64,000 nt of DNA. It comes from Spirochaetaceae bacterium. GTDB taxonomy: Bacteria > Spirochaetota > Spirochaetia > DSM-27196 > SKKC01. Positions 9,703 to 17,352 of this stretch are shown one piece after another (position 1 is the stretch's first letter; each line of letters begins with the position of its first letter). Where the stretch lies: the NCBI GenBank assembly GCA_007128315.1, contig SKXQ01000023.1:12842-76841 (forward strand), read 5' to 3'. The position numbers and the translations under genes were made by a program. Below the pieces are notes generated by a model. It was not told the origin of the DNA. It searched no databases and saw only the letters and a list, made by a program, of their open reading frames with translations.

Positions 9703-9725
9703 GAGCAATGATCATGATCATGCTC
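9703..9725. promoter_or_regulatory. Near-perfect palindrome (perfect 14-bp core atgatcatgatcat, 9708-9721) abutting the XRE start codon; candidate autoregulatory operator
   Basis: Read directly: gagc-a-atgatcatgatcat-gctc. The core is self-complementary and the outer gagc/gctc arms pair. Confidence 0.35.
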
Positions 9726-9823
9726 TAAGCGGTGATACTCAATGTACCGACAGCGTATTGCAGTAACGCCCTGAGCAAAGAATAATTCGCACCGTCGGCG
9801 GGCGTTTTGCCCTGTTAAAGATA

Positions 9824-12136
9824 ATGGATATAGATTATTATTTGGTCTTAGTGAGTGCAACAGACGGACTCAGCATCCTTATACTCGACTCAAACCCAAC
9901 GGCGCGCGCTGCAACTGCCCGGCGACTGTCAGCACGAGGACTCACGGTTTACGGTGCCGACACTGTTGCCGACTCGATTCAGCAGATTGAGGAACACCTC
10001 GGGATTGTTGCCGTGCTCCTGAACGCGCAGGAGCATGATATAGATCAGTTCAGAGCGTCGCTGTACAGGGTCCTGGGTGTCGACCGCATAGCAGCCTGTC
10101 TACCCGTTACCGTTGACTCCACGCACCCGGAGGACGGACACGTCCTGTTGACGGGCTCCCGAGACGATCCTGATCCCTTATATGAGGCTGTTCGAACCGA
10201 GGTCAGCCGGCACTTTGAGCAGATCGATCTGCGCGAACACGTTCTCAGAAACCAGGCGCTCACGCGGGCAGTACCGGATGCGATGTTCGTGTTCGATGCG
10301 CAGGGAATCTACCAGGAAATTCACGCGCCGGATCAGAGCGCACTCGTGCGATCGCCTCGGGAACTCATTGGAAAATCCATCGCTGACGTTATGGGAACGG
10401 AAGTCCACGAGCGACATCTCAGTCAGGTCGCTGAGGCACGCGCAGACCGCGATGGTCACCGGCCACGACCGTTTCGGTACGAAGTGCGGATCGGCGACAA
10501 GAACCGGTACTTCGAGTCCATTCTGACTCTGATTGATGATGAACGCAGTCTGGTTGTTGTCCGCGATGTCACGTCGGAACAGCGCTATCATTCGCAGAAA
10601 CACGAACAGGCACAATACCAGGCTACGATTCACGCGATTTCGCGACGGTTTATGCAGGCAGTTCCGGATACTGCCGACACCGATCTGCTCTTCGCAATGC
10701 GAAAACTCGGTCAGCATCTCGGTGTCGACTGGGTCACGATCGGGTTGACTACCGGAGCAAGCGATGTTCTGGAAGTCACACACCACTGGCGAAAAACCGG
10801 TCCGTCCTTTCCTCCGGTGCTCGAGGATTCCGGCCCGCTGGAGATTCCCATGAACGTCCCCGCGATGGTGCAGGCGATGGAGCACCGGGGTTATCTCGAC
10901 ATACACGACACAGCCGCCGCACCGGAAGGCATAACGGCCTTCGCCCGGGACATGGAACGTTACGGAGTGCGGTCACTGCTCGCCTTTTCGCTGGTCGAGC
11001 GACAGGAAATCGTCGGCGCACTGGTCGTCTCGTGCGTAAAGGCGCGACCGCGCATGCGCTTGCGGGACATTACCCTCGTTCAGGTTGTTGCGAGACTCAT
11101 CAACGACGCCATTATCGCTCAGCGCAGCTATGTGCGAATCGAGCAGACATCAGAAGGATTCGAGGCGCTGTTCGGTCTGAGTCTCGAAGGGCTGCTCATT
11201 CACCGCGGCGGACAGATTATTCACGTAAACGGGGCATTCGCGTGCATGTTCGGGTACGAGCAAAGCGAGTTAACCGGATGCGATATGCACCCGCTCATCA
11301 GACCCGAGTATCACCGCCTCCTTCTCCCTGGAAGCGAAACTAAAAGGCAGAATCGACAGACCGTCGTCGGAATACACCGAAATGGCGAGGACATCTGGCT
11401 CGAGATCGAGTGCAGGCCGGTGCCGCTTGAAGACGGTCAGGCAGAGTTGGTCGCCTTTCATGATGTTTCTCACCATATAAAACGGGAGGCACAGATTGAA
11501 CGGCTTCTGCACGAGAAAGAACGTCTCATCAAGGACATTCACCATCGCCTGAAGAACCAGATGCTCTCCATCGAAAGCCTTCTCTCCCTGAAATCCCAGG
11601 AAGTCGGGACCGCTTCATCCGCCTCGGCCCTGAACGAAACGCGTAATCACGTCCACGGATTGGCGCTCCTCTACGACCGCCTGTACCGCTCAACGGAGAG
11701 CAGCGATCTTCTCGCCGCTTCCGGGTACCTTCCGACGCTCATACAGGACATAATCCAGCTCTCTGCTCATCAGGCAGGACTGGAAGCGAACATCGATATC
11801 CCGGATACCCGGCTTACGGTCCGCAGGTTGTCGCGCCTCGGCATGATACTGAACGAGCTGATCAGCAACACCGTGAAGCACGCGTACCCCGATCCCGGCG
11901 ACGGTCAGGCTCGATCAGGCGTCATAACCATTGCGCTTGCCGAGACGGCACCTGGTGAACTCACGCTGAGCTACGCCGACGACGGTAAGGGCATCCCGGA
12001 TGCGGTCGCGAATGGCCACTCGGCAGGACTCGGCATGGACCTCGTCCGCGCCTTCTCCGAAGAAATCGGGGGGACGTTGACGATATCCGGATCCTCCGCG
12101 GGGACCGCTGTCAGGCTTGTGTTTCCGTCCGGCTAG
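9824..12136 (+). CDS. Multi-domain sensor histidine kinase (REC-like N-domain, PAS, GAF, PAS, HisKA_2-type DHp, HATPase)
   Basis: LSILILDSNP receiver-like start. H-box IHHRLKNQMLSIESLL (HisKA_2/HWE style). N-box LNELISNTVKHAY. G-box DDGKGIP...GLGMDLV. Confidence 0.85.
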   Translation: MDIDYYLVLVSATDGLSILILDSNPTARAATARRLSARGLTVYGADTVADSIQQIEEHLGIVAVLLNAQEHDIDQFRASLYRVLGVDRIAACLPVTVDSTHPEDGHVLLTGSRDDPDPLYEAVRTEVSRHFEQIDLREHVLRNQALTRAVPDAMFVFDAQGIYQEIHAPDQSALVRSPRELIGKSIADVMGTEVHERHLSQVAEARADRDGHRPRPFRYEVRIGDKNRYFESILTLIDDERSLVVVRDVTSEQRYHSQKHEQAQYQATIHAISRRFMQAVPDTADTDLLFAMRKLGQHLGVDWVTIGLTTGASDVLEVTHHWRKTGPSFPPVLEDSGPLEIPMNVPAMVQAMEHRGYLDIHDTAAAPEGITAFARDMERYGVRSLLAFSLVERQEIVGALVVSCVKARPRMRLRDITLVQVVARLINDAIIAQRSYVRIEQTSEGFEALFGLSLEGLLIHRGGQIIHVNGAFACMFGYEQSELTGCDMHPLIRPEYHRLLLPGSETKRQNRQTVVGIHRNGEDIWLEIECRPVPLEDGQAELVAFHDVSHHIKREAQIERLLHEKERLIKDIHHRLKNQMLSIESLLSLKSQEVGTASSASALNETRNHVHGLALLYDRLYRSTESSDLLAASGYLPTLIQDIIQLSAHQAGLEANIDIPDTRLTVRRLSRLGMILNELISNTVKHAYPDPGDGQARSGVITIALAETAPGELTLSYADDGKGIPDAVANGHSAGLGMDLVRAFSEEIGGTLTISGSSAGTAVRLVFPSG

Positions 12137-12585
12137 TTGCGGAGTGGTCTGACTTCGACCTCGGTTTTGACACGCGCACCCGACTCAAAATGGAGCTCCA
12201 GCTCAAAACTCTCCCCGGCCTCCAGGGCGTGGTTCAGGCCTATAAGCATCACGTGTATCCCCATGGGCTCGAGGACCACGGTTTCACCGGCCGGAACCGC
12301 GAGTCCGTCGTGCAACGGCCTCATGACCATGACATCTCCGTTGCGTTCATGCACATGTATTTCTATGACCTCAGCCGCGGCCGAGTACCCCCCGATCAGA
12401 ACATCGTCGGTATCAGAATTGCTGGTGAGTCTCAGGTACGCTGCTGCGTTGCGGGGTATACCCGCTGTCTCTCGAGCCCATGCATTCTGCACCCGGAAGG
12501 GTTGCTGTTCACCACGACCACCGGCGGAGGCAGTCACGGCAAGGAGCATAACGACACTGCATGCGGTCAGAAACCGGCGTCTCAT
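12133..12585 (-). CDS. Periplasmic copper chaperone PCu(A)C (DUF461 family)
   Basis: Signal peptide, then IHVHERNGDVMVM...MGIHVM, an H-x10-M...H-x-M copper(I) motif. The ATGA overlap with the upstream fusion gene suggests coupling. Confidence 0.85.
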   Translation of the reverse strand: MRRRFLTACSVVMLLAVTASAGGRGEQQPFRVQNAWARETAGIPRNAAAYLRLTSNSDTDDVLIGGYSAAAEVIEIHVHERNGDVMVMRPLHDGLAVPAGETVVLEPMGIHVMLIGLNHALEAGESFELELHFESGARVKTEVEVRPLRN

Positions 12586-14381
12586 AGTCCGACCTGATTC
12601 GCCGCAACTGATCGGACGGTACCGTGGCGCATGTGATTTCGTATCGCCCGGGCAACGTTCTCCGGACCGAAGTCATGTATGAACCAGTTGATAAAGTTAC
12701 CGTCGGTATCCATAAGATACATGGCCTTCGAGTGGTCCATGCTGTATCCTGCGGCACTCCCGGTGTCCACCTGTCTGGCGAAGGCGCCGAAGGATCGAAC
12801 TGCATTCGTGACCTGCTCGCGTGTGCCGCCCAGACCGACCATGCGTGAGTCGAAGGCTTGTACGTAGGAGGCGATCGCTTCGGGGCTGTCACGATCCGGG
12901 TCAACTGAGATAAAGATCGGCTGCACCAGGTCGGCATCGTCTCCAAGGGCGTCGAGAACGTCGAGCATGGTGTTGATGGTGATCGGACAGTAGTCGGTAC
13001 AGTTCGTGTACCCGAAGCCGACAAGGCGATACATGCCGTCAAAATCCGACTCCGTCACCAGCCGCCCGGGGCCTTCCTGCAGCTCGAAGGCACCATCAAT
13101 CACATCCTCGTAGATTACCGCTGTGGCCATACCACCAGCGGAGTGGTTCAGCTCGTGACAGTGAAACAGCCACACACCTGGATTATCCGCTATGAACTCG
13201 ATGTCGTAGGTGTCGCCCGGCATGACCGTCTGTACGTTTTTAACCAGTTCAAGCCCGGCCGGCACAGGGTTTCCGTCGGTCGCGACGATGCGAAACTGAT
13301 GTCCGTGCAGATGCATGGGATGGAAGGTCGCGCTTCCCGCATTGATCATGCGTATACGCACCCGGTCGCCGTAGGTCACTCGTATGGGCTCGGTATCGGG
13401 ATAGACCCGGCCGCTGATCGGAAACAGTCCGCGATTGATGCGCTCGGTCAGCACGATCGTGTGCTCCACATCGGGCCGGTCGTAATCGCGCGGCTCAATG
13501 ACAATGGGGCCTGCAAGGCCCATATCCATCTGCCTGGCCTCGCTGAGATGATCGAGCCCGTGGGTATGATAAAAGCGGGTCCCCGCGGGATACGCATCAA
13601 ACTCATAAACAAAGGTCTCGCCGGGGCGCGTCGCCTCCTGCGTATATCCCGGAACCCCGTCAGACCAGTTCATGAGGTCTATCCCATGCCAGTGAACGGT
13701 TGTCGCCTCGGGCAGATAGTTCGTGAACTCTACCCTTACGCGGTCACCTTCTGTTACGCGTATTTCGGGTCCCGGAAGCTGTCCGTTGTAGCCCCAGCTT
13801 TCCACCGGTTCTCCGTTGCCGTAGTCCCACATGACCACCTCGGCGGTCAGGCGGAAGACTTTTACGCCGTCTTCATCGACCTCGTAGGGCAGCACGCTGA
13901 TCGCGTCCTCCGCAGAACGGACGGGTATGTCCGATTCCGGCGCTTCGGCGGCACCGGTATCAGCAACAGACTCCCCTTCGCCGGTCACAAAGAGGGTTCC
14001 CCGCTGACTGAAATGCCCCGATCCGCAGTAGACCGAGCAGTAAAACTCGAAATCGCCGCTCCGGGAGGCGACGAACTCGACTGTCGTCGTCTGGCTCGCG
14101 GGAAGTCGCTGATCCACGTTGAACTCGCGAATCGCGAAGCCGTGGTCGTATGTATCTTCGTTCGTGATATGGAGTCGAACCAGTGTACCGGCTTCAACAG
14201 TGATTTCACCGGGATCCCAGGTCCATGTGTTCTGTATCACGCGCATATCGATGTCAATTTCCTGACTCGCCGCCACAGGCATGGATGCGCTGACGACCGA
14301 TACCGTCCCGAATCCTATAAATACGAGCCCAAGAACAACGTATGCGCCCAGAAGGGCGCGAAGTACCACGTGCTTTTTCAA
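12582..14381 (-). CDS. Tri-domain copper protein: CuA-type cupredoxin + two-domain multicopper oxidase + Sco1/SenC thiol-disulfide copper chaperone
   Basis: Cupredoxin: DHGF...YCSVYCGSGHFSQ. MCO: HWHG, YHTHG, HPMHLHGH, HCHELNHSAGGM. Sco: NCTDYCP plus MDHS. The ORF track starts at TTG 14456; I prefer TTG 14381, 6 nt after GGAGG, which gives an MKKHVVLRALLG signal anchor. Confidence 0.85.
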   Translation of the reverse strand: MKKHVVLRALLGAYVVLGLVFIGFGTVSVVSASMPVAASQEIDIDMRVIQNTWTWDPGEITVEAGTLVRLHITNEDTYDHGFAIREFNVDQRLPASQTTTVEFVASRSGDFEFYCSVYCGSGHFSQRGTLFVTGEGESVADTGAAEAPESDIPVRSAEDAISVLPYEVDEDGVKVFRLTAEVVMWDYGNGEPVESWGYNGQLPGPEIRVTEGDRVRVEFTNYLPEATTVHWHGIDLMNWSDGVPGYTQEATRPGETFVYEFDAYPAGTRFYHTHGLDHLSEARQMDMGLAGPIVIEPRDYDRPDVEHTIVLTERINRGLFPISGRVYPDTEPIRVTYGDRVRIRMINAGSATFHPMHLHGHQFRIVATDGNPVPAGLELVKNVQTVMPGDTYDIEFIADNPGVWLFHCHELNHSAGGMATAVIYEDVIDGAFELQEGPGRLVTESDFDGMYRLVGFGYTNCTDYCPITINTMLDVLDALGDDADLVQPIFISVDPDRDSPEAIASYVQAFDSRMVGLGGTREQVTNAVRSFGAFARQVDTGSAAGYSMDHSKAMYLMDTDGNFINWFIHDFGPENVARAIRNHMRHGTVRSVAANQVGL

Positions 14382-14462
14382 GCCTGACCTCCAGAACCGA
14401 TAGTAATATTTTTTATCGATATGATAAAAAATACCAGCGCCGGGGTTTTTATACAAGCTTTT

Positions 14463-15239
14463 TTAGCGGTAAAACGATACCGTCGGGTTCCGGTGGAGCG
14501 CCACGAAGAAACGCGCCACGGCAAGGGTGCTGTGGCCAACGATCACAGGAAGCAGCGAGCCGGAACTCACGACCAGCAGTCCGGCGACTGTCGACAGCAC
14601 GAGCCCACCGAAGGCCGGCACGCATCCATCCGGAAGTCGCGACAGTCCATACAGAACCGCCGAAACGGCGATTGCAAGATCTGCACCTGCAGGCAGAAGC
14701 AGCGCAAAGAGGACACCACGAAGAATCCACTCCACTGCCGCTGTGTGCACGACCAGGCCGAGCAGGTTCGCGATGAGTGCCCACCATGTCCACTCGAGGA
14801 CGGGGGGGTCGGTTTCAATATCCGGATCGGGTGTCGCCCTCATGCGGCGAGCGATATAGTACGCGAGCACGAATGCAACCACGACGGCGGTCCAGATCCA
14901 CGCCTGCGTATCAAGGATATCCAGAGAAGCAAGGTCCGGAGCGACGCTCATATGGAACCGCTGCGGCAGTCGCTGTGGCAGCATCCATCGGACAAGCGCG
15001 TACACGGCGCCCGGTCCTGCAAGATACATGAGGACGGCGAAGAGTCTGCGGACGCTCACACCGAGTATCTCGGCAACAGGACTTACGAGGCCGGGATCGC
15101 GCGGCGCCGTCAGCGTGAGGGCTTGCGACTCGAAGAACTGCTGATATCCGATCGACGTGCGCAGGAGTGCGTAACACATCGCACCGACGGTGAAACTCCC
15201 AAGCGTACTGACGACAGCAACAGTGTTCAGCATGTACAT
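14463..15239 (-). CDS. Polytopic membrane protein, divergent CPBP (CAAX protease / bacteriocin-processing)-like
   Basis: About 7 TM helices. AAVEWILRGVLF resembles the EExxxR motif, and VGHSTLA resembles the HxxxN motif, but the FxxxH position reads YGLSR. This may be a non-catalytic member. Confidence 0.45.
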   Translation of the reverse strand: MYMLNTVAVVSTLGSFTVGAMCYALLRTSIGYQQFFESQALTLTAPRDPGLVSPVAEILGVSVRRLFAVLMYLAGPGAVYALVRWMLPQRLPQRFHMSVAPDLASLDILDTQAWIWTAVVVAFVLAYYIARRMRATPDPDIETDPPVLEWTWWALIANLLGLVVHTAAVEWILRGVLFALLLPAGADLAIAVSAVLYGLSRLPDGCVPAFGGLVLSTVAGLLVVSSGSLLPVIVGHSTLAVARFFVALHRNPTVSFYR

Positions 15240-15284
15240 CAGTCTGCCGCATGACCGGGTTCAGAGCAAGTCATCGGATGCCTA

Positions 15285-15310
15285 TTGACCGTATTATTAC
15301 CAAGTAATAC
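15285..15310. promoter_or_regulatory. TTGACC -35-like box followed by inverted repeat gtatta-N8-taatac in the divergent region between the copper module and the COG0523 gene; candidate Zur/Fur-family operator
   Basis: Read directly at 15285-15290 (ttgacc) and 15291-15310 (gtattattaccaagtaatac). Lies 12-31 nt upstream of the COG0523 ATG. Confidence 0.35.
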
Positions 15311-15321
15311 CATCCGGCTCC

Positions 15322-16551
15322 ATGGCTGTACAAAACGATACCCGTCTTCCCGTCACCGTCCTGTCCGGTTATCTGGGGTCGGGCAAGACAACGCTGCTGA
15401 ATCATGTGCTGAGTAACCGTGAGGGCCTGAAGGTAGCCGTCATTGTAAACGACATGTCCGAAGTCAATATTGACGCCGCTCTTGTACTGAAGGGAGACGC
15501 CGCGCTCAGCAGAACCGAGGAAGAACTCGTGGAGATGTCCAACGGATGTATCTGCTGCACCCTCCGGGATGATCTTCTGAAGGAAGTGACCAAGCTCGCT
15601 CGCGCCGGACGCTTCGATTACCTGCTCATCGAAAGCTCGGGGGTCTCCGAACCGCTGCCGGTGGCACAGACCTTTACCTTCGACGACGAGGAAGGCAAGA
15701 GCCTCAAGGATCTGACCCGCCTTGACACCATGGTCAGTGTCGTTGATGTATCGCGCTTCTTCGACGAGTTCGGCAGCGAAGATTTTCTTGTCGACCGCGG
15801 TCAGGGCATGGCTGAAGACGATGAGCGCACCATCGCCCACCTTCTGACCGATCAGATCGAGTTCGCCGACGTAATCCTGCTCAACAAGATTGACGCGGTC
15901 GATGAGCAGGAGCTTCGCAGGGTCGAGTCGGTCGTTCGAAGACTGAATTCTACCGCGGAGCTCGTACACACCGAATTCGCACGGGTCGATCTCGCGCGCA
16001 TTCTCAACACGGGAAAATTCGACATGGACGCTGCCGAAAGCTCCCAGGCCTGGCAGGACGAACTTGAGGCGGTGCACGTACCGGAGACAGAAGAGTACGG
16101 TATATCTTCGTTTGTGTTTCGAACGGAGCGCCCGTTTCATCCACAGCGACTCGCCGAATACTGGAATGGTGAGCAGGAGGGAGTCATCCGGGCAAAAGGA
16201 TTTTTCTGGATTGCCAGTCGCCCGGACGTCGCCTGGTACCTCTCGCAGGCCGGAAGTGCGAAACGGGCGGAGCCGGGGGGATTCTGGTGGGCGGCGATGC
16301 CGAAGAAGTACTGGCCGGACACGGATGCCGAGCGTCTGGAAGTCCATAAACTGGTCAGGGGCAGCGAGTTCGGGGACAGAAAGCAGGAACTCGTGTTCAT
16401 TGGACGCAGCATGGATGAGGCGGGTATTCGATCGGGACTGTCGGCGTGTCTGCTGACACAGTCCGAACTCGAAGAGGGACCGGAAGCATGGGCAGCCTTC
16501 GCGGACCCGCTCGGATCTCAGCTTCCCGAAGACATGACGGTGCCGGAATAA
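15322..16551 (+). CDS. COG0523-family G3E GTPase (CobW/ZigA/YeiR-like metal chaperone)
   Basis: P-loop GYLGSGKTTLLN, CxCC metal motif GCICCTLRDDL, ESSGVSEP, NKID, and a C-terminal CobW_C-like domain. Confidence 0.88.
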   Translation: MAVQNDTRLPVTVLSGYLGSGKTTLLNHVLSNREGLKVAVIVNDMSEVNIDAALVLKGDAALSRTEEELVEMSNGCICCTLRDDLLKEVTKLARAGRFDYLLIESSGVSEPLPVAQTFTFDDEEGKSLKDLTRLDTMVSVVDVSRFFDEFGSEDFLVDRGQGMAEDDERTIAHLLTDQIEFADVILLNKIDAVDEQELRRVESVVRRLNSTAELVHTEFARVDLARILNTGKFDMDAAESSQAWQDELEAVHVPETEEYGISSFVFRTERPFHPQRLAEYWNGEQEGVIRAKGFFWIASRPDVAWYLSQAGSAKRAEPGGFWWAAMPKKYWPDTDAERLEVHKLVRGSEFGDRKQELVFIGRSMDEAGIRSGLSACLLTQSELEEGPEAWAAFADPLGSQLPEDMTVPE

Positions 16552-16587
16552 TAGTCGGTATGGCCTGACCGGTAGTATCTTTCGCAA

Positions 16588-17304
16588 ATGATGGACAGTA
16601 AGGTGCGGCGGGCGATAATCATACCGGTGATCCTGTTTTCCGTGTTTGCGGCAATACGGGTGCTCGCCGGCGGTGCCGGGGAGACCCGGGAGCCGGACGC
16701 CGGGAACGATACCCGCGTTGAGGGGCTGAGACCGAGTGAACGCGGCGGGTCACTCGAACGCGGGAGGGTCGAGGTACCGGAAGGCTACGAACGGGCCGTG
16801 TTTGCCGGTGGCTGCTTCTGGTGCATGGAGCCGCCCTACGATTCTGTGGACGGTGTCTACGCGGTAACCAGCGGGTTTTCGGGTGGAACGGTTGCGAATC
16901 CGAGCTATCAGGCCGTTATCGCGGGCAATACCGGACATCGCGAAGTTGTGGAAATCGTGTTCGATCCCTCGAGGGTCTCGTACCGGCAACTGCTTGAGAT
17001 ATTCTGGGTAAACATCGATCCCCTCGACGGTGGCGGGCAGTTCTGCGACCGTGGGGGACCGTATCTGAGTGCCATTTTCTACATGAACCCGGAGCAGGAA
17101 GCAGAAGCCCGGGCATCGCGCGCGTGGGCCGAGAGCAGGATTCTTACCGGCGGTGAGTTCATGACCGAGGTTCGTGCCTACGAAGCATTCTATCCTGCCG
17201 AGGAGTACCACCAGGCCTACGCCTTCCGCAATCCGGTGCGGTACAGCTTCTACCGGGCAAGCTGCGGGAGGGATGTACGACTCAGGACTTTGTGGGGCTC
17301 CTGA
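16588..17304 (+). CDS. msrA: Peptide-methionine (S)-S-oxide reductase MsrA with N-terminal signal/anchor
   Basis: GGCFWCMEPPYD active-site motif, GHREVVEI, YHQ. N-terminal hydrophobic segment AIIIPVILFSVFAAIRVLAGG. Confidence 0.9.
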   Translation: MMDSKVRRAIIIPVILFSVFAAIRVLAGGAGETREPDAGNDTRVEGLRPSERGGSLERGRVEVPEGYERAVFAGGCFWCMEPPYDSVDGVYAVTSGFSGGTVANPSYQAVIAGNTGHREVVEIVFDPSRVSYRQLLEIFWVNIDPLDGGGQFCDRGGPYLSAIFYMNPEQEAEARASRAWAESRILTGGEFMTEVRAYEAFYPAEEYHQAYAFRNPVRYSFYRASCGRDVRLRTLWGS

Positions 17305-17352
17305 GCACTCGCGGTATTCCCTGCACGGAAAAGCTGTGGCACACTCCTGTGT

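Noticed and set aside
13143-14387. 414-aa plus-strand ORF antisense to the copper fusion gene. The same applies to 14421-15254 (+), 7927-8745 (+), 52995-53966 (+) and 10178-10906 (-).
   Set aside because: All lie entirely within, and opposite to, genes supported by strong motifs. None shows a motif, RBS or sensible composition.
15271-16587. 438-aa minus-strand ORF covering the whole COG0523 GTPase gene
   Set aside because: It is fully antisense to a gene with unambiguous P-loop and CxCC motifs. The translation is Arg/Pro/Gly-rich with no motif. This is a typical shadow ORF of GC-rich DNA.
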